From positions 1 through 30,108 of IMG/VR virus record IMGVR_UViG_3300030095_004944: DNA of 30,108 nucleotides, one strand, 5' to 3'. Origin of the DNA: a virus. Lineage: Duplodnaviria > Caudoviricetes. Below the pieces are notes generated by a model. That model was not told where the DNA came from and made no database searches. It worked only from the letters and a program-made list of their open reading frames with translations. The position numbers and the translations under genes are program-made. Positions 9,866 through 19,820 of this stretch are shown one piece after another. The number at the start of each line of letters is the position of its first letter. The first letter of the stretch is position 1.

Positions 9866-11409
9866 GCGTCTTCTAAAATATTATTGTATAAATCTATCAA
9901 CTTATTATGTATGTCGATTTTTGATTGAAGCATCTTGTACATTCTTTTTTCCACAGCCGAACCTTGTAAGTGAACCACTGTGCAAGGATTCTTTTGTCCG
10001 GCTCTATGAACTCTTGCGTTTGCCTGTAAATACGTTTCTACAGACATAACTGCTGACCAGTACACAACAACATTTGCGGCATGTAAAGTTACACCATGAG
10101 ATGCGGCTTGTGGTTGGATAATTAATACTTGTGGTTTATCTTCTGTTTGAAACTTATTAAATATATCCGTTCTTTTATTTACAGAAACATCTCCATGAAT
10201 TACTTCACAATGGTATTTGTTTTTAACAAGATAATCTTCTATTAAATTAATTGCATGTCGATAAGGTGCAAACACAATTACTTTGTGACTTGCTTCGTCA
10301 ATTACTTCAGTTAAAACTTTTAGTCTATTTGATACGTCAAATTCAACTGTTTCTTTGTTGTCTGTATATACTGCACCGCAAGATAACTGTAATAACTTAT
10401 TTAAGTTTGCGGCCGCATTAACTGTTGTTATTTCTTCTCCTGCGGCTACTGCCAACATATTTTTTCTAAGTTGCTCGTAGTATTTGTCCTGTTGTTTTGT
10501 TAAAGGAATATTTCTTGTGGTATATGTCATGTCAGGTAAATCTAAACATTCTTCCTTAGTAAACCTAATTGCAGGTTGTAATGCTTCATGCACTATATCT
10601 TCTGCTTTATCTTTTGGCCGCCAAATAAACTCAGATACTTTATACATAACAAGATCTTTAAAAGACCCAAAATATTTCGGTACGCCAGTGGGATTAATTA
10701 TTCTCGCTAACCCATAAGCATCTGTCGGTGCCTGTGATGCAGGTGTGCCTGTCATCATCCAAATCCATGAATGAGGTTTTATAATAGAGTTTAAAACTTT
10801 CCATCTTTTTGTAGTAACAGTTTTATATGCGTTAGCTTCATCAACTACGATTAAATCAAATTCATTTTTATTAACTTCGTCTCGTACAATTTGTAATCCG
10901 TCATAATTGCATATGACAAACTCTGCATCCGAATTTACTACTTCTATTCTTTTATCTTTAGAATAACTATGTGCTATGCCAACTGACCTGTGTATAGCAA
11001 ACTTAAATAAATCAGATTGCCAAGCCGATTGCATTATTGATAAAGGGCATAGGACTAAAACTCTTTTTATCAGTCCTAATTTCATTAGATAATCAGCCGC
11101 CCATATAACGCTTCCTGTTTTTCCCGTACCTTGTTCGTTAAATACAAACGCACGTCTATGTAATGTCAGGAAAGAAGATGTTTTCTTCTGGTGTTCAAAT
11201 GGTTTATACATACCTCCCCATTTGTAGTTAGCCATGATAGGGGACGGCACATTTTTTATTTTAAGATTTTTTAATACTTGGGCTTCTTCTAAACCCCATT
11301 TGACCATTACTTGGTGTGAGGTTATTGATTTACTTTTTGGTATAACAGAAGTTATTTTTTCCGGTTGCTTTACTTTAAGCAATAAAGCCTTGTTGTTTAT
11401 GATCTCCAC
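9862..11409 (-). CDS. SNF2-family (SF2) DNA helicase
   Basis: NEQGTGKT, VVDEAN, TGTP, HGVTL and QANARVHRAGQ motifs; GTG start with AAGGAGAG SD. Confidence 0.9.
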   Translation of the reverse strand: MEIINNKALLLKVKQPEKITSVIPKSKSITSHQVMVKWGLEEAQVLKNLKIKNVPSPIMANYKWGGMYKPFEHQKKTSSFLTLHRRAFVFNEQGTGKTGSVIWAADYLMKLGLIKRVLVLCPLSIMQSAWQSDLFKFAIHRSVGIAHSYSKDKRIEVVNSDAEFVICNYDGLQIVRDEVNKNEFDLIVVDEANAYKTVTTKRWKVLNSIIKPHSWIWMMTGTPASQAPTDAYGLARIINPTGVPKYFGSFKDLVMYKVSEFIWRPKDKAEDIVHEALQPAIRFTKEECLDLPDMTYTTRNIPLTKQQDKYYEQLRKNMLAVAAGEEITTVNAAANLNKLLQLSCGAVYTDNKETVEFDVSNRLKVLTEVIDEASHKVIVFAPYRHAINLIEDYLVKNKYHCEVIHGDVSVNKRTDIFNKFQTEDKPQVLIIQPQAASHGVTLHAANVVVYWSAVMSVETYLQANARVHRAGQKNPCTVVHLQGSAVEKRMYKMLQSKIDIHNKLIDLYNNILEDA

Positions 11410-11493
11410 GTACTCTCCTTTTAAATACTCGTATCGACCAAAGTATCATTTTTAATAATACTTAGTCTAGTTTAAAACTCGGCAAACACTATT

Positions 11494-11766
11494 TTACTTC
11501 TTTTTTTTATAGTTGCGTGATCTATTTTTACTTTTTGATTCTATTTTATATCCGTCTTTATTTGTACCGCCTTTACTCAATGGTTTCTTATGAGAAATAT
11601 CTTTGCCCTCTCTCTTATCTGCTTTACCATTTTTATTTAAATCTTTACCTTTTTTATCCACAGCACGTCTTGCACGTTGACGTTCCATTCTTGCTTTATG
11701 TTCCCCACGTGCTTTTTGTTTTTTATATTCTTTTTTGTAAGGTCTTTTTTTATTTACATAAGGCAT
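11494..11766 (-). CDS. Small basic HNH-like endonuclease
   Basis: GKDISHKKPLSKGGTN...NRSRN resembles the HNH/beta-beta-alpha-Me motif; start taken at MPYV. Confidence 0.65.
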   Translation of the reverse strand: MPYVNKKRPYKKEYKKQKARGEHKARMERQRARRAVDKKGKDLNKNGKADKREGKDISHKKPLSKGGTNKDGYKIESKSKNRSRNYKKKK

Positions 11767-11767
11767 G

Positions 11768-12433
11768 TTATTCCCCTCGTCCATTGTGCGAACAACTTAA
11801 TACTGCACAATAGTTTCTACAAGTAAAATTTGGTTTAGCGTTCCATACATCTGTATTTAAAGTATTTTCTAAGTCATTAGTATTAGATACCCAATACTCC
11901 CAACACTTATCTTGTTCTCCAGCACTAAAATTTTTCTTAATAAGTTCTTTAGTAATTATAAACAATAACCCTGCTTTTATCTTTTTTATTTTAGGAAAAT
12001 GTTTAAACATAGCTAAAGATAGTATTTCTAATTGCTTTACATCAGCATACCTACTGCTCTTGCCAGTTTTATAGTCTATTAGATATGCTTTGTTATCTCC
12101 TAATACTATTAAGTCTGCGATACCTCTCCACCATACTTTTTTGTCAAAGAACCCACATGGTTGCAAATCCTTAGTTAAACCCATTCTGTATTCACACAGT
12201 CTGTCTCCCTTAATTTCTTTTATCTTACAAAGAGTTTCTTCTAAGTAATTTAATTCTTTTGGTAAAGGAGTGTTTTCTTTCACATAAAATTCAGCCGCTT
12301 GGTGTACTCTGTTGCCAAACAAAAGGGCTTCACTTTGAGGTTCTACAATATCTTTTAATATTTTAAGATGATGGTATTTTTTAGGGCATTGTTTAAATAA
12401 ATTTATAGCCGAATAAGACCATGTATAACTCAT
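11768..12433 (-). CDS. PD-(D/E)XK exonuclease (RecB/Cas4-like)
   Basis: WSYS...CP, GNRVH, RGIAD...IDYKTGK, QL, C-terminal Cys cluster. Confidence 0.88.
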   Translation of the reverse strand: MSYTWSYSAINLFKQCPKKYHHLKILKDIVEPQSEALLFGNRVHQAAEFYVKENTPLPKELNYLEETLCKIKEIKGDRLCEYRMGLTKDLQPCGFFDKKVWWRGIADLIVLGDNKAYLIDYKTGKSSRYADVKQLEILSLAMFKHFPKIKKIKAGLLFIITKELIKKNFSAGEQDKCWEYWVSNTNDLENTLNTDVWNAKPNFTCRNYCAVLSCSHNGRGE

Positions 12434-14256
12434 TTAATCTCTCCATAGTTACCACCAAACCCTACTTCACAATCTAATGGTAAATCTTGACACCAATCTG
12501 GTCGCCATTTCATACAATCTCGCACAAATTCAACTGCTTTTTCAAGGTCACTATCAGGAACTACACAAGCTATAGCATCATGAACTGTAAGCACTACTTT
12601 GTATCTTTTAGATATCTTTAACATCTGTTCCGCAATTATACACCTAGCAAGGGCTTGACATATGTTCTCTATTAACTTACCACCATATATTTTGGTATAA
12701 CTATTTCTAGTCTTGTACTCATATTGGGGTCTGCCATCAGGGTCATACACCTTACGTAAACCTGTGTACTGTTGCCATAATCTATTAGGTAGTAAAAATC
12801 CTCTTTGTTGAGGGTCAAATCTCAAAACCCCATGTTTGCCTAAAGTATTAGCTGTGATATCTACCATGCTATCTAAACATTTATGCCCTTGTTTCCATAG
12901 ATTTGATATATTACTATAAGTTCTTCTATAGACATCAACGATATGTGTTGACTCTTCAAGGGATATCTCTGTGCCAAAAGTTTTTAATTGGCTCTGAAAC
13001 TTAACTGCTCCCATACCATAACCACAACCTAATATAGTGGTTTTACCTACAAATCTCTCAGCTTTTGTAACCTCGTCAACTGATTTGTTATATATCCCAG
13101 CCGACATAATTTTATAAACATCTTCTCCATTTGCAAAAGCATCTACTAAATCATCTTGTTCTGACAACCACGCAAGAACCCTTGCTTCAATCTGAGAAGA
13201 GTCAGCATCAACTATTGTGTACCCATCTAGTGATTGAATCGCTGTCTTTAACTTGTTCGCATCATTACCTCTTGACGGCAAGTTTTGAAGGTTTATTTTA
13301 TCTGACCCTCCCCATCTGCCTGTGTGAGCCGCATAGTATTTAAGGGGAACTGGCATCAATCCACGACTAGCTATGTCAATAAATCTTTCTGTTCTAGTTT
13401 CCTCTAAAGTAGTTTTGTTACCTAATCTAGCGGCTACTAATATCTTTATATCTTCATTCTCATGGTCAGCTAGTTCTTTAAACTCTTCATCAGTCTTTGC
13501 AAAAGCCCATGTCTCCTTGCCTGTTCTCAAACTAATCTTCTTAGGGGGGACAACACCTTTTTTATGTAGCAACTGCGCAAATTTATCGTTACTCATGAGA
13601 ACGTCTTTACAGGTGTTTGAATCTTTTAATAGCTCCGCCTTCCTTATTTTCGTACTATTTAAATGATCCTCCAATAACTTAACATCTAGTTGTAATCTAG
13701 GTTCTGTAAACATCTTGAGGGTAATATCAATAATTTTTAGTTCACCGGGGGGAAAAACACTATAGAGTTTCTCAAATAATTTATATGTGAGATATACGTC
13801 ATTGCGACAGTATCCACCATAGCGTTCTAGTTCAGAGGGGGAAAAATCTGACCTACGTTTACCTAACGCATCTAAAACTTCTGTGCCTTTTTCTCCTAAA
13901 CCATATCTTTTTGAAAGATTAGCAAGGCTTACAGAAGAGTATGCTCCATTAATTGCACGTGCCATACATAACGTGTCAGCTAATTTGTAAGGGTGTATAT
14001 TAAAATACCAAGATAAAATAGCACCATCAAACATCATGTTGTGTGCTAGTACAACAGCTTTATCCCAATTAAATTGAGACAACCATTCTTTTGTTTCTTC
14101 TCTAGTGCCAGAAAACCATTCTGTTTCTTCATCGTTAACTTTTAAACCAACACCAATAACTTCAAATTCTTTACTGCGTATATATTCCTCAGTAGTTATT
14201 TTTGATAGCGAATATTTTTTATCGTAGTAAGTTTCAAAGTCTATAGTTATAAGCAT
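12430..14256 (-). CDS. polA: Phage DNA polymerase, family A, with 3'-5' exonuclease domain
   Basis: Exonuclease motifs DFET, HNMMFD, YCRND; TGRWGG..NLQNLP; motif A DSSQIEAR; motif B R..GKTTILGCGYG; motif C TVHD. Confidence 0.93.
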   Translation of the reverse strand: MLITIDFETYYDKKYSLSKITTEEYIRSKEFEVIGVGLKVNDEETEWFSGTREETKEWLSQFNWDKAVVLAHNMMFDGAILSWYFNIHPYKLADTLCMARAINGAYSSVSLANLSKRYGLGEKGTEVLDALGKRRSDFSPSELERYGGYCRNDVYLTYKLFEKLYSVFPPGELKIIDITLKMFTEPRLQLDVKLLEDHLNSTKIRKAELLKDSNTCKDVLMSNDKFAQLLHKKGVVPPKKISLRTGKETWAFAKTDEEFKELADHENEDIKILVAARLGNKTTLEETRTERFIDIASRGLMPVPLKYYAAHTGRWGGSDKINLQNLPSRGNDANKLKTAIQSLDGYTIVDADSSQIEARVLAWLSEQDDLVDAFANGEDVYKIMSAGIYNKSVDEVTKAERFVGKTTILGCGYGMGAVKFQSQLKTFGTEISLEESTHIVDVYRRTYSNISNLWKQGHKCLDSMVDITANTLGKHGVLRFDPQQRGFLLPNRLWQQYTGLRKVYDPDGRPQYEYKTRNSYTKIYGGKLIENICQALARCIIAEQMLKISKRYKVVLTVHDAIACVVPDSDLEKAVEFVRDCMKWRPDWCQDLPLDCEVGFGGNYGEIK

Positions 14257-14558
14257 TACAAATCTACTTTGTTCAGTAAGTCATCAAACCTTTTACCTTT
14301 AACTACAAACTTCTCCCTCTTGTCTTGGGAGTTAACTCTTATACTAAATATTTTTTTATCCACAAGATGTTTGGTAACACGATAATGTAATGTGCTAGGA
14401 GATGCTATAACATGTTCTATTAAAAAGTCAGTAACTCTAACATCTCCTTTATTCCATTTGTCTTGAGCAAACGCAATTATTTTAAGATCCACAGAATCTA
14501 AACTGTATACTTTTAATAACTTCACAAATCTTTGCAAAGTAGATGTTTCTTGTTTCAT
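14256..14558 (-). CDS. MarR-like winged-helix protein
   Basis: SPSTLHYRVTKHLVDKK recognition helix and DKREKFV wing motif. Confidence 0.6.
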   Translation of the reverse strand: MKQETSTLQRFVKLLKVYSLDSVDLKIIAFAQDKWNKGDVRVTDFLIEHVIASPSTLHYRVTKHLVDKKIFSIRVNSQDKREKFVVKGKRFDDLLNKVDL

Positions 14559-14812
14559 AATTTATTTCTCATTATTGAATAAAAATGCGTTGGTTTTTTT
14601 GAGTTACCTTTTATATCTGTAAATTTTACTTCTACCACCTTATGTTCTAAAAGCACTGGTAAATATCTTTCAATGCTACGTACACTTACTTTCATTTTTC
14701 TTGATAATTGCTTTTTAGATAGAGCGTAGTTTTTTTCTAAACATTTAAACAGTTGTATTTGTCTTCCAGTATGAGGTCTTCTCAAAGAGTTCTCCCCTCT
14801 AGTATTTGACAA
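14555..14812 (-). CDS. Winged-helix DNA-binding protein
   Basis: LSKKQLSRKMKVSVRSIERYLPVL HTH pattern followed by a beta wing. Confidence 0.7.
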   Translation of the reverse strand: MSNTRGENSLRRPHTGRQIQLFKCLEKNYALSKKQLSRKMKVSVRSIERYLPVLLEHKVVEVKFTDIKGNSKKPTHFYSIMRNKL

Positions 14813-15090
14813 GTAGTTAGCATAGTCTCAACATCTGAAATATTTTTTTCATTAACAACAATAGCTATACCATTATTGTTTTGTATATCTCTTATATTTT
14901 TTAGTTGTAATGCTGTAGGTTTGTTCTTACCTGCTTTACATTCAATACCAAAAAAATGTCCTTTATAACAACCTACAATGTCCGGCACACCACTGCTACC
15001 ATAACCACCTGTCATAGGATAGAAATAATATGCCTTGTGTTCTTTCAGTATCGCTACAACTTTGTTTTTAACTTTCTTTTCAGGTGTCAT
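14782..15090 (-). CDS. VRR-NUC domain nuclease (Holliday-junction-resolvase-like)
   Basis: E...GVPDI...GIECKA...PTALQ motif. Confidence 0.88.
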   Translation of the reverse strand: MTPEKKVKNKVVAILKEHKAYYFYPMTGGYGSSGVPDIVGCYKGHFFGIECKAGKNKPTALQLKNIRDIQNNNGIAIVVNEKNISDVETMLTTCQILEGRTL

Positions 15091-15793
15091 TATTTTTTAA
15101 GGGAAAGATATTATCCAGTAGTTGTGTGTATTTTAAAGGATCATGACTTATGCCGGACATCGTTCTAGGATAATTAAATAAAATATTAGGTTGTTTAACT
15201 CTCCACTTTCTAAAAGAAATTATATTTTTTTCTATTTTATCGCCTACAGGGTCTTGTTCAAAAAGTCTAGCTTCCACATAACCTGCTTTTTTGTACTGCA
15301 CCCATTGTAAAAACATATTTCTTTCTTTAAGATATTCTTCTAATACCTGTGTGCTTTTGAGAGATAGTCCATCAAAATGTTTAGTCGATTTGTCACTAAA
15401 TTCCATAAAGTTTTGGTAATTTTCAAATAATATATCTCCGACATATATAAATTTAGGCCTTCGAAATATTTTTTCACCATTAAATTCTTCAACATATGGT
15501 ATACGATGAAATTTATTCTTTAACCATTGGGGCATACTCGAATTGTGTATATGAACTTTAAGAAATTTCAATGGGAATTTAGTATATAAACTTCCATCAT
15601 ATCTTTTAGTCACTTTATCATTGGGGCTATACATTACGATTGGTTCTGGTTCTGGTAACGTAGTAGGAGGTACCCAATATGGTTCTGGTAACGGAAGAGG
15701 AGGTGTCCAATCAAGTTTTTTACTTTTTTTCTTTTTACTTTTATTAAAAATTGCAAATGGTAACTTTCTCTTTTTACTTTTATTCATAGCCAT
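15080..15793 (-). CDS. Hypothetical protein with Lys-rich and Pro-rich N-terminus
   Basis: 237-aa ORF in the operon, AAGGAG SD. Confidence 0.7.
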   Translation of the reverse strand: MAMNKSKKRKLPFAIFNKSKKKKSKKLDWTPPLPLPEPYWVPPTTLPEPEPIVMYSPNDKVTKRYDGSLYTKFPLKFLKVHIHNSSMPQWLKNKFHRIPYVEEFNGEKIFRRPKFIYVGDILFENYQNFMEFSDKSTKHFDGLSLKSTQVLEEYLKERNMFLQWVQYKKAGYVEARLFEQDPVGDKIEKNIISFRKWRVKQPNILFNYPRTMSGISHDPLKYTQLLDNIFPLKNNDT

Positions 15794-15804
15794 AACTCAT
15801 CTCC

Positions 15805-16059
15805 TTATTTTTCCAACTGTTCTATTAAGTACGTCAACGTGTGGTGTGCTTTTTTAATATCTTGTAATCCACCTTTGCCGTCAACATCTTTAACATTCAC
15901 TCTTGCTAAATATTTAACAGTAGTGCCTAATAAAAATCCTTTGAACTGTGCAGGACTTAGCCATTGCTTTAAAACTTCCCACGGCTCTGCCCCCATATCT
16001 TTATAATGCGTACCACCAATTTGTGTGTCAGTTGCATCAGGTTCTTTTTTACTAAACAT
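15805..16059 (-). CDS. DUF3310 family protein (T7 gp1.7/SaV-like)
   Basis: QIGGTHYK...GF..G..VKYL.R...KGG.QDIKKA.H.L. Confidence 0.85.
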   Translation of the reverse strand: MFSKKEPDATDTQIGGTHYKDMGAEPWEVLKQWLSPAQFKGFLLGTTVKYLARVNVKDVDGKGGLQDIKKAHHTLTYLIEQLEK

Positions 16060-16418
16060 TATTTAATACTCCCCTCACTTTTTTCCTTCAGCTTTTTTTC
16101 TTCAGCTTTCATATAGTCTGCTTGCTCTTGTGTCATTGTTGTGCTGTTAAACTTTTTAGAATCAAAAAACCCCAAATCAGTCATCTCAGAAAACTTTTCA
16201 AATACTTTAGCCCCTTTTTCTGGGGATTCATTCATAGCATTAAAAACTAACAGTCCAGCGGCTATTTTTGGGTCAAATGGTTTTTTAGAGTTATCCGGTT
16301 TTTTAGAAGTATTCTTCTTTTTATAATCTGAATACTCTCCAGCGTCCAACCCATATAAATAATTTAGAGCTGGCAAAAAAAGTTTTAACATTTTTTTTCT
16401 TGATATAGGTTTACTCAT
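16059..16418 (-). CDS. Hypothetical protein
   Basis: 119 aa, translationally coupled at both ends. Confidence 0.7.
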   Translation of the reverse strand: MSKPISRKKMLKLFLPALNYLYGLDAGEYSDYKKKNTSKKPDNSKKPFDPKIAAGLLVFNAMNESPEKGAKVFEKFSEMTDLGFFDSKKFNSTTMTQEQADYMKAEEKKLKEKSEGSIK

Positions 16419-17293
16419 TCAATACTCCCTCCAAATATATGTGTACCTATGTGGTTAAATTTAAGTTTTGTATTCGCATACACTTTCCCACCATGCTTTC
16501 TCCACAAAGCACAGAAATGATAATCCTCAGATAATAGACATCCGGTTTCGTCAATACTTGTATCAAAGAATTGTTTTACAAGAGGTCTAACAAACTCTCC
16601 CTTTTCGTTTTGTTTTGTCGATGCCCTGTACTCAGGAACATGTGGTGCTAACTTCTCAAACACTTCTCTTTTAATAAGCATAAATCCTGTGCCACCATGT
16701 CGCACCTCCACCATACCATCTAAGTCAGGCTCTACTTTCTTGACACCATGCGGTAAATTTAAAACAAATGACGATGAGTGATTAGGTAAATCAACTTTGC
16801 CTTTGTTCGCAGCCGTAGAAACTTTACCCCAATCTAGTTCTTTCTTCGGATATATTCCACAAGCTACATCTTTATCTGCTTTGTACAAAGTAGCAATGGC
16901 TTGATCGTTAAAATACATATCAGCATCAATAAACATTATGTGTGAACACTTTGTTTCTTCTAAAAATAATCTAACTAACTCATTTCTTGCACGAGGTATC
17001 AAAGACTCATTCATTAAACTTGCTAACAAAGTCTCTACTTGTAAACCTTTGAGTGTATTAATAGAGTTCATCAACGCAATAGTGTAGTGTCCTGTACACA
17101 TACCACCATACATTGGTGTAGCCACTAAAATAGATTGGACTACTGATTGTGTTAAAGGGGATATGTTCAACCCTACTTTTTCTTTTTGTGATATGTCAAA
17201 CATCTCTTCTAATTTCTCATCAGCATCTTTAAGTTCTGCTTTGTCGTATGGGGTTAGACTATCTTTAAACTTCCCTGCGATCTTGTCGTTCAT
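16415..17293 (-). CDS. Glycosyltransferase, GT-A fold (GT2-like)
   Basis: ATPMYGG, SLIPRARN, MFIDAD (DxD), GTGFMLIKREVF, LSEDY.FC, H.G. Confidence 0.8.
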   Translation of the reverse strand: MNDKIAGKFKDSLTPYDKAELKDADEKLEEMFDISQKEKVGLNISPLTQSVVQSILVATPMYGGMCTGHYTIALMNSINTLKGLQVETLLASLMNESLIPRARNELVRLFLEETKCSHIMFIDADMYFNDQAIATLYKADKDVACGIYPKKELDWGKVSTAANKGKVDLPNHSSSFVLNLPHGVKKVEPDLDGMVEVRHGGTGFMLIKREVFEKLAPHVPEYRASTKQNEKGEFVRPLVKQFFDTSIDETGCLLSEDYHFCALWRKHGGKVYANTKLKFNHIGTHIFGGSIE

Positions 17294-17417
17294 CTACTTT
17301 GTCCTTTTCTTTGTTGTAACAACCTTTACACACCCAACCATTTTTATTTCGTCCACCATAATAACCAACACGTTTAAACTCGCCACACGTCTTACAATAA
17401 ATCCGTGGCTCAGTCAT
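17265..17417 (-). CDS. Small Zn-ribbon protein (50 aa)
   Basis: CKTC...CKGC; start taken at MTEPRIY, overlapping the upstream gene end. Confidence 0.55.
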   Translation of the reverse strand: MTEPRIYCKTCGEFKRVGYYGGRNKNGWVCKGCYNKEKDKVDERQDRREV

Positions 17418-17706
17418 CTTTTTTTGGTTTTTCTGGGCCGTAAATATCGTAGTCTCGTTCCAAGTCGTCCATAAACTGTGACCACATAACGCATGGGGTT
17501 TGTTCTCCAACATATGCACCCTCTATATTAAATTCAATATACTCAAGTGCTTCCTCTGGAGTCATACCATCTCTTGCAATTAAAATTGCAACGATCTTTT
17601 CGCCAGAATAAATAAGACGATCTTCTCGTCTACCACTAGAATCCCAAATGCAAGATCGACCAATCAGGGCTTTGTCTAACCCATCTATTTTAATTAACTC
17701 AGTCAT
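17410..17706 (-). CDS. Conserved phage hypothetical protein
   Basis: DG.D.A.IG...DGM..EEA.EY..FNI.GAY.GE.TP pattern recalled from aquatic phages. Confidence 0.75.
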   Translation of the reverse strand: MTELIKIDGLDKALIGRSCIWDSSGRREDRLIYSGEKIVAILIARDGMTPEEALEYIEFNIEGAYVGEQTPCVMWSQFMDDLERDYDIYGPEKPKKDD

Positions 17707-17921
17707 CTTTCTTTCCCATCAAGCATTTCCCAATGCAAACGCTCACATTCGTATCGTAGTTGTTCATGTGTCATATCATATTCTGCTTTACCTACTGTAT
17801 AGCCATCATCACGACCCACTTGATATGCGTGTTGCCAGTGAGATTTCATTTGCCCTACGTTCATTTCCATAAAAAACAGAATAAGAACTGCTCCAAAAAC
17901 AAAAGATAATATATGTGTCAT
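17703..17921 (-). CDS. Hypothetical membrane-anchored protein
   Basis: Hydrophobic N-terminal helix; ATGA overlaps at both ends. Confidence 0.7.
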   Translation of the reverse strand: MTHILSFVFGAVLILFFMEMNVGQMKSHWQHAYQVGRDDGYTVGKAEYDMTHEQLRYECERLHWEMLDGKER

Positions 17922-18322
17922 TTAATAATTACCTTTCTGACCAACTTTGATGCTTCGCCCATTAGATAATGAATACGTTTGTTTATAACAAATTTCTTCC
18001 ATGTCTTAGAATTAATTATAAGTTCGGGATTAGGTTCTACGTTATTGTTAAAAAATATAGAGGGGCTAACAAAGTTGTTCATACCAACAGCCCCAAGTTT
18101 TTGACCAATAGAAAAAAACCTATAACATTGTTTATTGTTATTGGCTTTGTAGGTTCGTTTAAGCACTTTGCGATTTTGCTCTAAATCTAATAATAAATGT
18201 CTACAATAATTCACATCATACTTAAATTTTTCCGCAAAAAATGATGGTGTGTACCCCTCTGTTTTAGGCTTTGTGTTGATATACTCTATAATTTTTTCTC
18301 TAAGTTTTGATTTTTCACGCAT
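17918..18322 (-). CDS. Hypothetical protein, possible N-terminal winged helix
   Basis: GGAGG SD; KIIEYI...TPSFFAEKF..DVNYCRHLLLDLE pattern. Confidence 0.65.
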   Translation of the reverse strand: MREKSKLREKIIEYINTKPKTEGYTPSFFAEKFKYDVNYCRHLLLDLEQNRKVLKRTYKANNNKQCYRFFSIGQKLGAVGMNNFVSPSIFFNNNVEPNPELIINSKTWKKFVINKRIHYLMGEASKLVRKVIIK

Positions 18323-18602
18323 TTAACTCCTCCAAATTTTTAAGTTCTTTTTGTATGCAAATAATTTCTACAGGAGATACATCTAGCCAGTAAACTGTAT
18401 CCGTTATCCTTTTACCAAACCCTTTCACATACACACCTCTGTCAGTTATATTCACTACAGATATCTTTGTATTTATAATACTGGGTAGTGGAGGTACATT
18501 TATATTAAGAGAATTATGTAAAGAAAACATAGTTCCATTCACATACTCGTTGTCAGTATATTCAAATCTAAATCGTATGTAAAAATTAGTATTGTTTTTC
18601 AT
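18315..18602 (-). CDS. Hypothetical protein
   Basis: 95-aa ORF filling the operon. Confidence 0.6.
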   Translation of the reverse strand: MKNNTNFYIRFRFEYTDNEYVNGTMFSLHNSLNINVPPLPSIINTKISVVNITDRGVYVKGFGKRITDTVYWLDVSPVEIICIQKELKNLEELNA

Positions 18603-18616
18603 AACTAAACCTTATC

Positions 18617-19639
18617 TCAAGCTAATCTTTCTGTCAACACATATAATTCTGTGTCTCCTATTTTAATAAAAGAACCAATACCATGCACTATGGCACTTGT
18701 GACATTTTCCGATCCCTCATGAGACTCTCCTTTCATTAAAAGTAAAGACATACTAGATTGAACAATGTCAGGCATATCTTCTGCGCAAGAAAAAACTTTT
18801 GATTGAAAGGTGTCTCTTTTTATGTCATAAGATTTATGGCGACCAGTATCACAATTTTCAAGAGTTGCAAGTGTATATAACTCACTGCCATTCGCTGATC
18901 CGTCTGTATATCTTCCACATATTTTTACAACAACGTGATAGTTATAATTACATTTGTAATACTTGACATATTTTTTGTAATTAGGGAGTGCATTTTCTGT
19001 TATGTTTTTAAATAGATCAGTGGTAAACTTTACATCTTCGCCAAGAGCCATAATCTCTTCACACAAAGTTTGCACCACCTCATGAGTACATGGTATATCT
19101 TTTGTGAATTTATCTTTCAATGACCGTGAATATTGTGATACAACACTATCTCCAATGTCTACCATATCTCTAACTATTTTATAGAACTCAATAGGTTGAA
19201 ATGAGTTTACAATTTCTCTAATAGCAACTCTTGGTTTAGTAGTTTTAGTCGTACCATTTCGTTTAGATATATTACGACCAGTAATTTTGTAGTTCACATT
19301 GTACAAACCAAGTGAATGTACACTCTCTTTAAACTCAAACTTAATCTCAACGTTAACAATAGGTTCACGTATAGCTGACCAATTAAAGCTATCATAATTT
19401 CTTACTGCTGATGGTGTACCATCTCCACTCATATCAAATCTACTATCACATATTTTTATGTGATAAGTCTGAGGAAATTGAGAGTGTGTTCCATCAATTT
19501 TTCTATTACCGATAAGTTTAATTAAGTTGTATTTACCCGCATGAGTTTTTTCAAGTGCGTACTTTAAATCTTCAAGCCATGTTTGTACACTACTGTCTGC
19601 TGTTTCGATATCTACAGGTTTTTGTTTAGTGGTTGGCAT
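18617..19639 (-). CDS. Hypothetical protein
   Basis: 340 aa; AAGGAGAGTAAAAATG start signal. Confidence 0.8.
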   Translation of the reverse strand: MPTTKQKPVDIETADSSVQTWLEDLKYALEKTHAGKYNLIKLIGNRKIDGTHSQFPQTYHIKICDSRFDMSGDGTPSAVRNYDSFNWSAIREPIVNVEIKFEFKESVHSLGLYNVNYKITGRNISKRNGTTKTTKPRVAIREIVNSFQPIEFYKIVRDMVDIGDSVVSQYSRSLKDKFTKDIPCTHEVVQTLCEEIMALGEDVKFTTDLFKNITENALPNYKKYVKYYKCNYNYHVVVKICGRYTDGSANGSELYTLATLENCDTGRHKSYDIKRDTFQSKVFSCAEDMPDIVQSSMSLLLMKGESHEGSENVTSAIVHGIGSFIKIGDTELYVLTERLA

Positions 19640-19793
19640 TTTTACTCTCCTTTGTATTTTTTACCTTGTCATCATCTGACAATAAGAAATCAATAAACCC
19701 ACAAAATTCTTTCTTTAACATATACAACTTGTGGTGTAAGTACAAAATGTACGTCACCAGGATGCTACAAAAAAACGCTATCTCTTCACTCAT
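19626..19793 (-). CDS. Small protein (55 aa) with hydrophobic N-terminus, not in ORF track
   Basis: Translated by hand: MSEEIAFFCSILVTYILYLHHKLYMLKKEF...ESKNANH; AAGGAGAGTGGAGATG start signal. Confidence 0.7.
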   Translation of the reverse strand: MSEEIAFFCSILVTYILYLHHKLYMLKKEFCGFIDFLLSDDDKVKNTKESKNANH

Positions 19794-19820
19794 CTCCACT
19801 CTCCTTTTGTACTATAGACA

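Noticed and set aside
11768-12433. Cas4-like nuclease as evidence for a CRISPR-Cas locus
   Set aside because: It sits in the usual replication-module position next to PolA; there are no other cas genes and no regular array.
19711-19720. TTCTTTAACA boxA-like match on the plus strand
   Set aside because: Antisense to local transcription and inside a CDS; it shows that short boxA-like matches can occur by chance.
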